Source: Hadesarchaea archaeon
GTDB lineage: Archaea; Hadarchaeota; Hadarchaeia; Hadarchaeales; WYZ-LMO6
Reading direction: 5' to 3'
Length of the DNA stretch: 64,000 nucleotides
Assembly: GCA_029259185.1 (NCBI GenBank)
Contig: JAPDJF010000001.1
Coordinates: 32,001 to 96,000, forward strand
Shown here: one piece after another, positions 36,799-48,677 of the stretch
Layout: the number at the start of each line of letters is the position of its first letter
How positions within the stretch are numbered: position 1 is the stretch's first letter
Notes under the pieces: model-generated
Told to the model about the DNA's origin: nothing
Database searches by the model: none
Seen by the model: only the letters and a program-made list of their open reading frames with translations
Translations under genes and position numbers: made by a program

Positions 36799-39666
36799 TT
36801 ACTTTTTCACTCGCAGTATCGCGATCGCAGCCAGCACCAACGCGATTATCACGAGGATTATTGCGTAGGTGCCTGTAGGTGTCACAGTCCGTTCCACCGT
36901 GAGTGAAATTGCTGGGCTCGTGTTTCCTGCTGCATCGGTGGCAATCAGCGTGATCACATTTGATCCCTCGAAGACACGAATGCTTTTGCTGAAGCTCCCG
37001 TCAGCCTCCAGCGGGACAGTTATCGAGGTGTCTCCGTAGCTTATGCGCAACTCGATCTCCGTGGGTTCGCTCACGTCATCTGTCACTTTGCCGCTCACGA
37101 TGACTGAACTCTTGCTTGTGCTCAGCGAGGTCACAGCTTTTCCGTCGATCGTCAGCTCCGAGATCGTCGGTGGGGTGGCATCAGCCTTCACGTAACCGTA
37201 TAGCGTTCGTTCACTCTCGTTTCCAGCAACATCAGTCTGGCTTACCTCGATCTTGGTCGTTACTCCGGCTGTTATGTCCAAGCTAGCGACCCATATCCCG
37301 TCTCCATCGGAGTCGGTGACCGTCGTCGCCAGAGTGGCGGTGGTCCACGGGGAAACGCTTGTGTAGACGTTGATCGTGGCATAGGGTTCGCAAGTACCGC
37401 TTATGGTTATCGTTGTCGTATTCAGAGCTTTAGGTTTGTCGGCTGTCGATGTGGGGTAGCTCGTTGTCAGGACGGGTACACTCGGTGCTTTCGTGTCAAC
37501 CACGAACGTATAGGACTTGTTGTCCGATTGCAGATTGTCGCCGGCGATCACGAATATGCGGTACGTGTTATCGGGTAATCCTCCGGTGAAGGAACCTATC
37601 GCCAGCGGGATGGTGTTTTCGAAGTTCAGTGTGTAGTTGTCATGAGCGAGGGCGTTCGCTAAAGTCGCTATCACGGTACCATTCTCATACTGGAGTTGTA
37701 CACTGTAGCCACCGTTGTCGCTGAACGGCAGGTTCTCTACACCTAGGACGGCATCAGTTATAGTAAGGGTCAACGTGGGAGTGTTGTCGTTGATCACCAC
37801 ACCGTTCTCAAATGCCTTGCCTCCAATCGTGCCGAACGTAATCGTTGGGGCAGTCTTGTCGAATGTCACATTCTCCACGTTTTCGGTTCCCTCGTTCCCG
37901 GCCTTGTCGATTATCTTGATACCGATCACATGGGTTCCTTCGGTCAGTGACAGCTGGTAGTGCCAGTACCCACCGTCACCTGTCGTGGCAGTGTAAGTGG
38001 TATTATCGATGCGGATCTTCACCGTCATTCCCTTCTGAGTCTGGAGTGCTCCAGCCACGTTGTCCAGCGCACAGTTCTCCAGTAAGTAGGAACCAACATT
38101 GGTCTGAACGCCCGGTAGGGCTGCAAGCATGTCTTGCGGGAACCCTGCTATCTGATCCAGCACTGGAGCAGGTGGGGCTATTCTGTCGATGGTGAAAGTA
38201 CCCGTGTTATCGCTGACAGCGGTGTGCCCGACCAGATCTTCAAGCTGGGAGCCGATAACATAGACGGTAGCCGTACCGTCACGCTGTATGTTGTCTCCAG
38301 TCGTGTAAGTACCAGTCCATACCGTGTTGTCAGCGTTTGGGGTCATCGATATCTGAACATTTTCTCCGTTGTTCTCAGCTACCATCACGTTTTCGAGCTT
38401 AGCCAAGGGTTCACTAGCCGTGACGGTGATGGTCACGGTCACGTTGTCTTTGACCCAGTCTGGTGACACACTCACACTCACGGTTGGTGGGGTGTTGTCG
38501 ACCGTCAGCGTGATTTCCTTCTGAACAAGTGCTCCCTGAGCATCGGTGGTTCGCACATAGATGGTATAGTCTCCTCCAGCCGTGGGGGTAATCAGGGCGA
38601 ACGGGAAGTCGAGTTGTGCACCACTCGCTATCTTGTTGTCCCCTATACCAGCCCACTCGGCAAAATTGCCTGTGGGTAGCGTGCTCGTGCCTGTGGTCTG
38701 AGTCCATCCTACTGGCTGGTTCTCAGCGGCGGCGGCGGTTTCCGAAGTCATGAGGAGGTTCTCTCCGGATTTTCTAATGACTCGGGTATTCTCGGCTACC
38801 ACAGCCCCGATCGCATTTTCGAGCTTCACTAGGGTACCCACTGGTAGTACGACCTCATTTTCGCCGCTGCCACCCACCGTGGCGGGCAACTCCAACAGGG
38901 TACCGGCCGCAATGGTCACAGCTTCGACGTTTTCCTTCTTCGCACTCACATCCGTGACCGTTGTAGAAGTTCCATTGTCGAGCACCACGTTCTCCTCCTC
39001 AGCCATCTTCACGTAGGTATTCTCTCCAACCGTTACGTTCCTGTCTGCGGTCAGGTACACTAGGGTGTTCTCCGGCAACTTCACGATGTTTCCGCTCAGC
39101 ACGATTACCTGAGTATCGCTGACAAGTTTCACGTCGCCATTGTCCAGCGTGAATTCATTTTCAACCGTAGTCTCCACATTTTCGCCAGCCAATTGGGCCC
39201 TGGAGTCCTGCTGTAACTTCAAGCTAGCATTTTCGGATAGGAGGTACCAAACCCCCGTAGTCACCGCTCGCACATTATCCCCGGCTTTTCGGATCACAAC
39301 CGTTCCACTAGGTACGACGATGTTTTCACCAGGCAGCAAGGACAACGTAGTACCAGCTGGTAGGACAACAATGTTGTCGTTCCCGACTTCACTTCCGCTA
39401 AGTTGGACTACACTATCCTTAGGTATCTTCGTTAGGGTGTTGATCGTAAAGGTGGAGGGAACGACGATCCGAACGTTATCGATCGCGTCAGGCCCCCCGT
39501 TCTGGACGGTTATAGTCAAGACCACCGAGGTATTCTCTCTGACCAAGTTCTCGCTAATGCTCACCGTGGGTTCATGGGTAGCACTGACGCTGGTCGACAC
39601 CGCCATAGCGGCAATCGACGTCATCATTATGGCTGCGATCACTAGCGCCGCTTTTTCTTTCATCAT
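36799..39666 (-). CDS. Large cell-surface/S-layer-like protein with Ig-like repeats (955 aa)
   Basis: GGAGG SD before ATG 39666, signal peptide, D..PP and D.AGN Ig-like motifs, C-terminal TM with a basic tail. Confidence 0.85.
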   Translation of the reverse strand: MMKEKAALVIAAIMMTSIAAMAVSTSVSATHEPTVSISENLVRENTSVVLTITVQNGGPDAIDNVRIVVPSTFTINTLTKIPKDSVVQLSGSEVGNDNIVVLPAGTTLSLLPGENIVVPSGTVVIRKAGDNVRAVTTGVWYLLSENASLKLQQDSRAQLAGENVETTVENEFTLDNGDVKLVSDTQVIVLSGNIVKLPENTLVYLTADRNVTVGENTYVKMAEEENVVLDNGTSTTVTDVSAKKENVEAVTIAAGTLLELPATVGGSGENEVVLPVGTLVKLENAIGAVVAENTRVIRKSGENLLMTSETAAAAENQPVGWTQTTGTSTLPTGNFAEWAGIGDNKIASGAQLDFPFALITPTAGGDYTIYVRTTDAQGALVQKEITLTVDNTPPTVSVSVSPDWVKDNVTVTITVTASEPLAKLENVMVAENNGENVQISMTPNADNTVWTGTYTTGDNIQRDGTATVYVIGSQLEDLVGHTAVSDNTGTFTIDRIAPPAPVLDQIAGFPQDMLAALPGVQTNVGSYLLENCALDNVAGALQTQKGMTVKIRIDNTTYTATTGDGGYWHYQLSLTEGTHVIGIKIIDKAGNEGTENVENVTFDKTAPTITFGTIGGKAFENGVVINDNTPTLTLTITDAVLGVENLPFSDNGGYSVQLQYENGTVIATLANALAHDNYTLNFENTIPLAIGSFTGGLPDNTYRIFVIAGDNLQSDNKSYTFVVDTKAPSVPVLTTSYPTSTADKPKALNTTTITISGTCEPYATINVYTSVSPWTTATLATTVTDSDGDGIWVASLDITAGVTTKIEVSQTDVAGNESERTLYGYVKADATPPTISELTIDGKAVTSLSTSKSSVIVSGKVTDDVSEPTEIELRISYGDTSITVPLEADGSFSKSIRVFEGSNVITLIATDAAGNTSPAISLTVERTVTPTGTYAIILVIIALVLAAIAILRVKK

Positions 39667-39894
39667 TTTTCCTCCTTTTTTCGGTTTAAGCTCTTGGGGG
39701 AGGCTATTTAAGCGTTTCGAACTTGATAATTTCAAATCTTCAAAAATGGAGGAGGTTGGATCCAACTGGTCAAAATCGTTGAATGTTGAAATCGACATCG
39801 ACATTTGATGAACTTCAGGAGTTGTACCAGAACCGGTCGCTGTATTCGTTAAATCCGCTCGGGTTATATCGTCAGAGGGAGAGAAAAGAATAAC

Positions 39895-40329
39895 ATGACG
39901 CACATGGTGGACATAGGCGAGAAAGAGGACGTGGTGAGGATCGCCCGAGCGGAAGGTAAAATCCTTCTCAAACCGGAGACCGTGAAAGCGATTTTAGAAA
40001 AAAGAGTGGGAAAAGGTGATGTTATGGTGGCAGCTGAGTTGGCTGCAATAAGTGCAGCGAAGAGGACCCCAGAGTTGATAGTTCACTGTCATCCCATCCC
40101 CCTAAGTCAGGTTAAAGCGACCCTCACTCCGGAGAGCGATGGGATACGTGTCTTCGTGGAGGTGAGAAGTGTGGGAAAAACAGGGGTCGAAATGGAGGCC
40201 TTGGTAGGAGCCTCCATAGCGCTGCTGACCGTATGGGATATGGTAAAATCGCTGGAAAAAGATGAGAAGGGGCAGTATCCTACCACTGCGATCACTGAAA
40301 TAAAAGTTTTGGAGAAGATCAAAAATTAG
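39895..40329 (+). CDS. moaC: Cyclic pyranopterin monophosphate synthase
   Basis: MVDI..K, AK.T..LI..CHP, TGVEMEAL and DMVKS motifs. Confidence 0.96.
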   Translation: MTHMVDIGEKEDVVRIARAEGKILLKPETVKAILEKRVGKGDVMVAAELAAISAAKRTPELIVHCHPIPLSQVKATLTPESDGIRVFVEVRSVGKTGVEMEALVGASIALLTVWDMVKSLEKDEKGQYPTTAITEIKVLEKIKN

Positions 40330-40414
40330 TCGCGGGATTTGGCCCGGACAAAGGAGGTTAAAAACTGGTGGAACTCGGGGTGAAGTTAAAGGGTAGAAAA
40401 AAGGAGGTTTGACG

Positions 40415-40930
40415 ATGAGCTTTTTCAAACATCGCAGGGAGGCACCGAAACGACTAAGGGTTGGGGTTCTAACGATTAGTGACTCTAGGTACAGAGCTAA
40501 GCAAGAGGGGAGGGATGAGGATGTTTCTGGGAGAATCATTGAGACCAAGCTGCGGAAAGCGGGGCATGAGGTGTTTAGAGAAATAGTGCCAGATGAAAAG
40601 GACATGATAGCCGATATGGTGAAGCGTTTCTTGGAGGATGAGCGCATCGACGCTTTGATCACATGTGGAGGCACGGGAATAACACACAGGGACGTAACTT
40701 TAGAGACCTTGCGTCCGCTCTTTGAGAAGGAGCTTCCCGGATTTGGGGAGCGTCTGAGGCAGTTGGGATATGAAATGGTTGGTACCCCGGCGCTCCTGAC
40801 TCGTGCGACTTGTGGCATAGCGAACAGAAAGCCCATCTTTTGTTTGCCCGGCGCTCCGTCCTCGGTGGAGGTCGGGATGGGTCTCATACTCCCGGAACTC
40901 GGGCATGTGGTGAAGCATGCACGTGAGTAA
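40415..40930 (+). CDS. moaB: Molybdopterin adenylyltransferase MoaB
   Basis: TISDS, VPDE, GGTG...D.T and LPG motifs. Confidence 0.93.
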   Translation: MSFFKHRREAPKRLRVGVLTISDSRYRAKQEGRDEDVSGRIIETKLRKAGHEVFREIVPDEKDMIADMVKRFLEDERIDALITCGGTGITHRDVTLETLRPLFEKELPGFGERLRQLGYEMVGTPALLTRATCGIANRKPIFCLPGAPSSVEVGMGLILPELGHVVKHARE

Positions 40931-40934
40931 ATCC

Positions 40935-42197
40935 ATGTCAAGCAAACGAATGCGGGGGTTCGAGAGCTACCTCAAGTTCGAGGATGCGTTGAAAGTTGTG
41001 CTATCTGAAGTGAGACCTCTGGGCTGGGAGTGGGTTCCCTTCCATAATGCATGTGGGAGGATTTTGAGTGAAAGTGTGGTCTCTAAAATAGACTTCCCCC
41101 CATTCGACAGAGCGGCGGTCGATGGCTATGCGGTTAGAGCATCCGACACTTTCGGTGCGAGCGAGCGGAATCCCAAACGATTGCGTTTGGTTAGAGCGAT
41201 CGGAAAGGGATTGAGGAAGGGAGAAGCATCTGAGGTGATGACTGGGAAGCCCATGCCAAAAGGTGCGGATGCGGTGGTAATGGTAGAGCACACCGAGCGT
41301 AGGAGCGATTTGATCTACGTCTTTCAAGCCGTTACCCCTGGAAAGAACGTTTCGTGCAGAGGGGAGGATATCCGTGCTGGAGAAGTCGCCCTACCACCGG
41401 GAAAAAAGCTCGGACCTCAAGATGTGGGCATGCTAGCATGTGTGGGTAAGCGCCATGTTAAGGTTCACAGGAGGCCCATCGTTTCGATTATCTCCACCGG
41501 ATCGGAACTCAGATCGCCCGGTGCACCCCTTAGAGAGGGGGAGGTGTATGATATCAATACCTACTCCTTAAGTTGCGCGGTTAGGTTTTGTGGAGGGGTA
41601 CCGCGCTCTCTCGGGATATGTGGGGACGATCCTTCCTCATTGAGGAGAAAGCTGAAGGAAGGACTGGAGGGGGATCTGATAATAGTTTCGGGTGGGAGTT
41701 CGGTTGGGGTCAAAGATTTCGTTCCGGAGGTTCTGGGAGAAGTTGGAGAGTTGCGTTTCCATGGGGTTAACCTGAGACCGGGGGGACCAACTGCGTTCGG
41801 GGTGGTGAATGGAAAACCAGTTTTTTCGTTGGCCGGATTTCCGGTAGCTTCGCTGGTCGCATTTGACATGCTGGTCAGACCGGCGCTACGGTTCATGCAG
41901 GGGCTGCCTCCGGATCGTGGATTCTTGAGGGTGAAGGCCTACCTCTCCTCTAAAGTTGCCTCCACCTTGGGCAGAGTAGATATCGTTAGGGTGAAACTCT
42001 CGATCCAAGAGAAAGGACTCCTAGCCGAACCCCTCCGCGTGACCGGCTCGGGTATTTTGAGTTCAATGACGGGGGCAGACGGATTCTTGATCGTACCCGA
42101 GGACACGGAGGTTTTGGAGAAAGGGGATGAAGTAGAAGTGGAAGTTTGGGATTGGAATCAAAACAGAAATGGGGTAAGAACTCAGCTCGGTGAATGA
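40935..42197 (+). CDS. moeA: Molybdopterin molybdenumtransferase
   Basis: [17 protein letters not shown] and SGGSSVG motifs. Confidence 0.95.
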   Translation: MSSKRMRGFESYLKFEDALKVVLSEVRPLGWEWVPFHNACGRILSESVVSKIDFPPFDRAAVDGYAVRASDTFGASERNPKRLRLVRAIGKGLRKGEASEVMTGKPMPKGADAVVMVEHTERRSDLIYVFQAVTPGKNVSCRGEDIRAGEVALPPGKKLGPQDVGMLACVGKRHVKVHRRPIVSIISTGSELRSPGAPLREGEVYDINTYSLSCAVRFCGGVPRSLGICGDDPSSLRRKLKEGLEGDLIIVSGGSSVGVKDFVPEVLGEVGELRFHGVNLRPGGPTAFGVVNGKPVFSLAGFPVASLVAFDMLVRPALRFMQGLPPDRGFLRVKAYLSSKVASTLGRVDIVRVKLSIQEKGLLAEPLRVTGSGILSSMTGADGFLIVPEDTEVLEKGDEVEVEVWDWNQNRNGVRTQLGE

Positions 42198-42240
42198 AGT
42201 CGGTGTAAGTTATAATAGATATGCGGTTCAAAGAGGAGGT

Positions 42241-43458
42241 ATGCCGCAGGCGGTTGTGAACATAGGGCTCGTCGGTCATGTGGATCACGGGAAGACAACG
42301 TTAGTGGAATCTCTTTCTGGGATCTGGACGGACACACACAGCGAAGAGATCAAGCGGGGCATAACAATCCGCCTGGGGTACGCAGACGCTACTTTCATGC
42401 GTTGCCCGGAGTGTGGAAAATACAGCACGAAGAAGAAGTGCCCTTACTGTGGAGCTAGAACCGAGTTCTCGCGCAGGGTATCGTTCGTTGATGCTCCGGG
42501 TCATGAAGCCTTAATGGCCACCATGCTTTCTGGTGCCACGATTATGGATGGGGCCGCTCTCGTCATAGCGGCAAATGAGCCGTGTCCTCAGTCCCAAACC
42601 AAAGAACACTTGGCCGCATTGGATATAGCAGGAGTGCGTCACGTGGTTGTGGTTCAGAACAAGATCGAGCTCGTGTCGCGGGAGAAAGCTCTTGAGAATT
42701 ACGAACAGATCAGGAGGTTCCTATCGACGACTTTCGCGAAGGATGCTCCCGTGATACCGGTCTCCGCCGTGCACCGAGCAAATGTTGATATCCTCATCGA
42801 GACGCTGGAGAAGCACATTCCCACACCTAGACGCGATCTCTCTAAACCCCCCCTGATGTATGTCGCAAGATCCTTCGATATAAACAAGCCTGGAACAAAA
42901 CCTGAGAACCTCGTGGGCGGTGTTGTCGGGGGGATGCTTTCTCAGGGAAAGCTTAGGGTGGGTGATGAAATAGAGATACGTCCTGGGCTTCAGCATCGAG
43001 GTGCTTGGACCCCCCTGAGAACCCGAGTGGCATCGATCCAGGCTGGAGGGGATCAGCTGGATGAGGCGGTCCCGGGTGGGCTGGTGGGGGTCTGCACAAT
43101 GCTCGACCCCACCCTGACGAGGGCAGACCGCCTAGTTGGTTCGATAGTAGGGATCGAAGGAGAGTTGCCTCCTGTGTTCGACTCCCTTCAGCTTGAGATT
43201 CATCTCATGGAGCGGGTTGTGGGTCTTCCGGAGGAGTTGGAGGTCAAACCTTTGGTGAATGGGGAGCCCATAGTCCTGAACGTGGGCACCGCCACTACGG
43301 TGGGGACGGTCACGAAGGTGAGGGGTGATATCGCAGAGGTCAAGCTCAACCGCCAAGTTTGTGCTGATTACGGTTCTAGAGTCGCCATCAGTAGACGGGT
43401 TGGGGGGAGATGGAGACTCATCGGCCATGGGACGATCACATCAACTACCCCTCCCTAA
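42241..43458 (+). CDS. eif2g: Translation initiation factor 2 gamma
   Basis: [17 protein letters not shown], zinc knuckle, DAPGHE, QNKI and RWRLIG motifs. Confidence 0.98.
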   Translation: MPQAVVNIGLVGHVDHGKTTLVESLSGIWTDTHSEEIKRGITIRLGYADATFMRCPECGKYSTKKKCPYCGARTEFSRRVSFVDAPGHEALMATMLSGATIMDGAALVIAANEPCPQSQTKEHLAALDIAGVRHVVVVQNKIELVSREKALENYEQIRRFLSTTFAKDAPVIPVSAVHRANVDILIETLEKHIPTPRRDLSKPPLMYVARSFDINKPGTKPENLVGGVVGGMLSQGKLRVGDEIEIRPGLQHRGAWTPLRTRVASIQAGGDQLDEAVPGGLVGVCTMLDPTLTRADRLVGSIVGIEGELPPVFDSLQLEIHLMERVVGLPEELEVKPLVNGEPIVLNVGTATTVGTVTKVRGDIAEVKLNRQVCADYGSRVAISRRVGGRWRLIGHGTITSTTPP

Positions 43459-43463
43459 AGGAA

Positions 43464-43602
43464 GGGGCTTGCAAGCGATCATCACGTCCGAAGACACTCA
43501 AACCCGTATAGGGCTGACGGCGGCCAGTTCAGAGCGGGCCTGCTTGACTCCTCCGCTCGCTTCGATCCGGAGCCTTATTCGGGCTTCCGGACATCCGGCC
43601 CC
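43464..43602 (-). ncRNA. Candidate structured small RNA (about 140 nt)
   Basis: GGGGC/GCCCC ends, several stems, a cUUCGg tetraloop, and CUGA and GUGAUGA boxes on the minus strand. Confidence 0.4.
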
Positions 43603-43638
43603 AAAAAATTTTTCTTGAAAGATGTTCATCATTGCTTG

Positions 43639-43842
43639 ATGGATAAGAGGGTTTGTGCGGTAGAGGAAAACAGGGATAAGTGTCCATGCACCTACGAACC
43701 TTGTTCCAAGAAGGGAATTTGTTGTGAATGTTTGCGGTATCATTGGGAGAGAATGGAGCTTCCGGCTTGTTTCTTCCCTCCCGAAGTCGAGCGCACTTAC
43801 GACCGCTCGCTCGGACGGTTCATCCGCTGTTACTCCAAGTAG
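43639..43842 (+). CDS. Small Cys-rich protein (DUF6485-like)
   Basis: C.CTY.PC..KG.CCEC..YH....LPACFF...E.TYDRS pattern. Confidence 0.8.
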   Translation: MDKRVCAVEENRDKCPCTYEPCSKKGICCECLRYHWERMELPACFFPPEVERTYDRSLGRFIRCYSK

Positions 43843-44494
43843 AAGCACTCCGTCGAAGTTTCTCTATCGCGAGCTTCCTGTTCTTCCCGCCGTAAATGGC
43901 ATTTCCCGCGACGAGCACGTTAGCTCCAGCCCTCACCGCTAGTGGTGCGGTCTCTTCAGATATCCCCCCATCGACGGCAAGGTCGATCGAGCCTCCTTTG
44001 TCGTCTATCTTCCTCCTAGCTCTTTTGATCTTTGGTACCATGCTCTTGAGAAAGGTTTGTCCTCCAAACCCTGGATGAACGGTCATGATCAAGAGCATGT
44101 CGATCTTATCAAGCATGGGTTCCACGGTACGGAGGGGGGTTTCGGGATTCAATGCGATTCCGACCTCAGCCCCGAGTTTCCTGATGGTAGAAATTGTGTG
44201 TTCAAGGTGTTTGCATGCTTCCACATGCACGGTCACGATGTCTCCTCCGGCCTCCACGAATCTCTTCAAGTACTTCTCAGGGTTTTCTATCATGAGATGT
44301 ACGTTGAAGGGTAACCTGCTTTTGTCTCTCAGTGCTTCGACCACCAGCGGACCAAAGGTTATGTTTGGAACGAAGTGCCCATCCATTACGTCCCAGTGAA
44401 TGAGATCAGCTCCGCCCTCCTCGACCGCTTTTATTTCATCCTCGAGCTTGCTGAAGTCTGCCGAGAGCACCGAGGGAGCGATCTTGACCCTCAT
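43820..44494 (-). CDS. rpe: Ribulose-phosphate 3-epimerase
   Basis: [25 protein letters not shown] and VDGG motifs. Confidence 0.96.
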   Translation of the reverse strand: MRVKIAPSVLSADFSKLEDEIKAVEEGGADLIHWDVMDGHFVPNITFGPLVVEALRDKSRLPFNVHLMIENPEKYLKRFVEAGGDIVTVHVEACKHLEHTISTIRKLGAEVGIALNPETPLRTVEPMLDKIDMLLIMTVHPGFGGQTFLKSMVPKIKRARRKIDDKGGSIDLAVDGGISEETAPLAVRAGANVLVAGNAIYGGKNRKLAIEKLRRSASTWSNSG

Positions 44495-45495
44495 CTCTTC
44501 ATCTTCAGAACTTCCCTCACGGCCTTTTCAATGTGTTGGGATGTGAGCCCATATCTCTCATAGAGTTTTCTCCACGGTCCGGATTCCCCATATTCGTCTC
44601 GCACTCCTATCCTCCTCAGCGGGGTAGGGCGGTTTTCCGCGAGTACTTCCGTTACCGCCCCCCCAAGCCCTCCGATCACGCTGTGGTCCTCAGCCGTGAC
44701 CAACGCATTCGTCTCGACCGCAGCTTTCAGCACGGTCCTCTCGTCCAACGGCTTCACGGTGTGCATGTTGATGACTCCAACATCTAGGTTTTCCATCTTC
44801 AGGTTCGAAGCGGCGACCAAGGCTTCAGCGACTAGGGGACCGGTTGCAATGATGGTTGCGTCTCCTCCATCTTCTAGGGTGACGCTTTTCCCTATCTCAA
44901 ACTTGAGCTGATGACCAGAGTACCTGTATCCTTCCTCATACACGAGGGGGGTCTTGGGACGTGTGAGCCTAACGAAGGTGGGCCCCTGATGTTTAGCCAC
45001 GGCCATGATAGCCATCTCGGTTTCGATGGCATCGGCCGGAACGACGACGGTGGTGTTGGGCAAGGCACGCATGATGGCGATATCCCAGAGGCAGAAGTGA
45101 GAGGCCCCATCCTCACCAACCGTGAGTCCGCCATGGGTGACCACGATTTTCACGTTGAGCTTCGGGTAGGCGATCGATTGCTTGAACTGACTCAGACCTT
45201 TCTCGGTACCGAAGACCGAGAACGTGCTCACGAAAGGGATCTTCCCAGCAGAGGCTAAGCCAGCTGCGATTCCCATCAGGTTGGCCTCCGCAACACCAAC
45301 ATTAAAAAACCTCTCTGGAAACCTCTCAGCGAAGACCGAAGTTTTGGTCGAGGTCGAGAGATCCGCATCCAGTACTACGATGCTTGAATCTTTCTCCCCA
45401 AGCTCTGCGAGCGTCCTGCCATACGCTTCTCTCATGAGAGCCTCTTGCCTGGTCTCTAGGTTGAATCCCTTACTCCTGTCTTTCACCTTCTCCAC
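44491..45495 (-). CDS. Transketolase, C-terminal subunit
   Basis: DADLS.ST, G.AE, GEDGASH and EDH...GGLG motifs. Confidence 0.93.
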   Translation of the reverse strand: MEKVKDRSKGFNLETRQEALMREAYGRTLAELGEKDSSIVVLDADLSTSTKTSVFAERFPERFFNVGVAEANLMGIAAGLASAGKIPFVSTFSVFGTEKGLSQFKQSIAYPKLNVKIVVTHGGLTVGEDGASHFCLWDIAIMRALPNTTVVVPADAIETEMAIMAVAKHQGPTFVRLTRPKTPLVYEEGYRYSGHQLKFEIGKSVTLEDGGDATIIATGPLVAEALVAASNLKMENLDVGVINMHTVKPLDERTVLKAAVETNALVTAEDHSVIGGLGGAVTEVLAENRPTPLRRIGVRDEYGESGPWRKLYERYGLTSQHIEKAVREVLKMKR

Positions 45496-46345
45496 CCCTA
45501 TCGAGTTCTTCCAGAGCTTTTTGGAGTTCGTCTTCCGTCAAGGCTTTTCCATGGTATTTCACTTGATTTTCCATGAATGAAACCCCTTTCCCCTTCACGG
45601 TGTGGGCTATTATCACGGTAGGTTTGTGTTTGATCTTTTCCGCCGCGTCCAGCGCCTCTAAGATCTGGAGCATGTCGTGACCATCGATTTCCATCACGTG
45701 CCACCCGAAAGCTTTCCATTTCTCGTTCAGGGGTTCCAGACGCAAGATCTTCTCGGTAGGGCCGTCCAGCTGGATCATATTCCTATCGACGATGGCGAGG
45801 AGGTTGTCCACTTCGTAGTGAGCTCCGGCCATTGCCGCTTCCCACACCTGCCCCTCGTTCATCTCCCCATCCCCCATGAGAACGTACACACGATACTCCC
45901 TGCGGTCGAGTCTTGCAGCGAGTGCCATCCCGCACCCTATGGAGAGCCCCTGGCCCAGAGATCCGGTCGATGCCTCTATCCCGGGGGTAGTATTCATATC
46001 CGGGTGGCCTTGGAGGATGCTTCCACATTTTCTCAGATCCCGAAGGGCCTCACGGCTGAAGAACCCGGCCATCGAGAGGGCGGAGTATAGGGCGGGGCAG
46101 GCGTGTCCTTTGGAGAGGATGAACCTGTCTCGATCTTCCCAGCCCGGATTTTCGGGGTCGTACCGGAGGTGATGGAAGTACAGAGCGGCAAGCAAGTCCG
46201 CACATGATAGGGATCCTCCTGGATGTCCAGATCCCGCCCTCGTGGTCATCGTTAGCACATCCCTCCGGATGGAGAGGGCTGTCTTCTTGAGTTTCCTTAT
46301 CAAGCCGGGATCATGTGGCTCGGATTTCCGATCGAAAACGACCAT
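45470..46345 (-). CDS. Transketolase, N-terminal subunit
   Basis: GHPGGSLS, SKGH, STGSLGQG and GDGE..EG TPP motif. Confidence 0.94.
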   Translation of the reverse strand: MVVFDRKSEPHDPGLIRKLKKTALSIRRDVLTMTTRAGSGHPGGSLSCADLLAALYFHHLRYDPENPGWEDRDRFILSKGHACPALYSALSMAGFFSREALRDLRKCGSILQGHPDMNTTPGIEASTGSLGQGLSIGCGMALAARLDRREYRVYVLMGDGEMNEGQVWEAAMAGAHYEVDNLLAIVDRNMIQLDGPTEKILRLEPLNEKWKAFGWHVMEIDGHDMLQILEALDAAEKIKHKPTVIIAHTVKGKGVSFMENQVKYHGKALTEDELQKALEELDRGGEGERQE

Positions 46346-46380
46346 ATAGGTCGGATTTGAATTTTGATATTGCAAGTTAA

Positions 46381-47379
<999 letters not shown>

Positions 47380-47446
47380 GGTTGGCGATATCCACTATCT
47401 TCGGTGAGAGCTTAAAAGCGAGAGTTGCTGAGTCGGTTAGGGCAAC

Positions 47447-48127
47447 ATGTTGATGAAAAAAGGTGCAGAGGCGAACCTCTACCTTGAACCCTTCTCGATC
47501 CAGCTTCATCCTTTCGGGGAGGGGAGGGTGGTGGTTAAGCATCGTGTCTCCAAGCGGTATCGGGTTCGGGAGCTGGATTTTAGGCTCAGGGAGGCAAGGA
47601 CATCCTTGGAGGCCAGTCTGCTCGCGGATGCCAAACGTGCTGGGGTGTTCGTTCCCACCGTGTATGAGGTGGACAGAAAAAACATGAGGATAGTGATGGA
47701 GCACGTGGAGGGTGAACAGGTGAAAACGGTGCTCGAAAGGCTCGATGAGGAGGAGAGATGGAAGCTGTGCAGGACTATAGGCAGGTGTATAGCACGTCTC
47801 CATCGCTCGGGCATAATTCACGGAGATCTCACGACCTCAAACATGGTGCTCACCCCCGATGGACAGGTCTATCTCGTGGATTTCGGGCTGGGAGAATACG
47901 ACCGATCGGTCGAGTCCCGGGGGGTAGACCTTCACTTGCTTAAGAGGGCTCTCCAGAGCGTCCACTTCAGAGTGGCAGAGCGAGCGTACCGTGAGGTTTT
48001 ATCCGGTTACGCACGAGAGTTCGGGGAGGGCTCGAGCGAAGTAATCAGGCGCGTAGAGGAGATTGAGCGGAGGGGAAGATACGTCGGGAGGGAGAACCGT
48101 GGCACTGTACTTCGTCACAGGAAATAG
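47447..48127 (+). CDS. bud32: KEOPS kinase Bud32
   Basis: GAEA, HGDLTTSN, DFGL and RGRY motifs. Confidence 0.96.
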   Translation: MLMKKGAEANLYLEPFSIQLHPFGEGRVVVKHRVSKRYRVRELDFRLREARTSLEASLLADAKRAGVFVPTVYEVDRKNMRIVMEHVEGEQVKTVLERLDEEERWKLCRTIGRCIARLHRSGIIHGDLTTSNMVLTPDGQVYLVDFGLGEYDRSVESRGVDLHLLKRALQSVHFRVAERAYREVLSGYAREFGEGSSEVIRRVEEIERRGRYVGRENRGTVLRHRK

Positions 48128-48677
48128 AGGCAAGTTCAGAGAGGTGAGTGAGATGGCTAAGAAGTATGGTCTGGTGCTCGAGCAGAGCGAGATCCCATAC
48201 ATTGAGATCCAAGCCGAGGATCTGAAAGAGGTAGCGAAGGTTGGGGTTCAGCAGGCTTTCGCCATGCTGAAGCGTCCTTGTTTCGTAGAGGACTCTGGTC
48301 TGTACATCCACTCCCTCGGTGGGTTCCCCGGTCCGTATTCGAAGTATGTGTACCTCACGATAGGCAATGAGGGAATTCTGAAGCTAATGAGTGGATTCAG
48401 TCACAGGGGGGCGGAGTTCAGGTGTAGCGTGGGATACTGTGAGAAGGCGGATGAGCCCGTGGTCTTCGAAGGCAAGGTGATGGGGAGGATCTCCACCGAG
48501 CTTAGGGGATCGGGAGGATTCGGCTTCGACCCGATTTTCATCCCGGAAGAAGGTGATGGGAGAACCTTTGCGGAGATGTCGGTTGAGGAGAAAAATGCTC
48601 TTTCCCATCGGGGGAGAGCAATCGAAGAGTTCTTTAGATGGTATGTAATTCATAGAAGAGAACGATCCGGTGAGTGA
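48099..48677 (+). CDS. XTP/dITP diphosphatase (Ham1/RdgB)
   Basis: T.N.GK, EDSGL, FPGPY, GFGFDP and SHRG motifs. Confidence 0.95.
   Translation: MALYFVTGNRGKFREVSEMAKKYGLVLEQSEIPYIEIQAEDLKEVAKVGVQQAFAMLKRPCFVEDSGLYIHSLGGFPGPYSKYVYLTIGNEGILKLMSGFSHRGAEFRCSVGYCEKADEPVVFEGKVMGRISTELRGSGGFGFDPIFIPEEGDGRTFAEMSVEEKNALSHRGRAIEEFFRWYVIHRRERSGE

Noticed and set aside
39667-39903. 79-aa N-terminal extension of the surface protein
   Set aside because: The SD, TATA-like box and signal peptide point to ATG 39666; the extension spans the promoter region.
43464-43602. 5S rRNA or fluoride riboswitch
   Set aside because: Only short matches; no 5S loop C (CCGAAC/CGAACC) architecture and no GAUGG..UC.CC riboswitch core.
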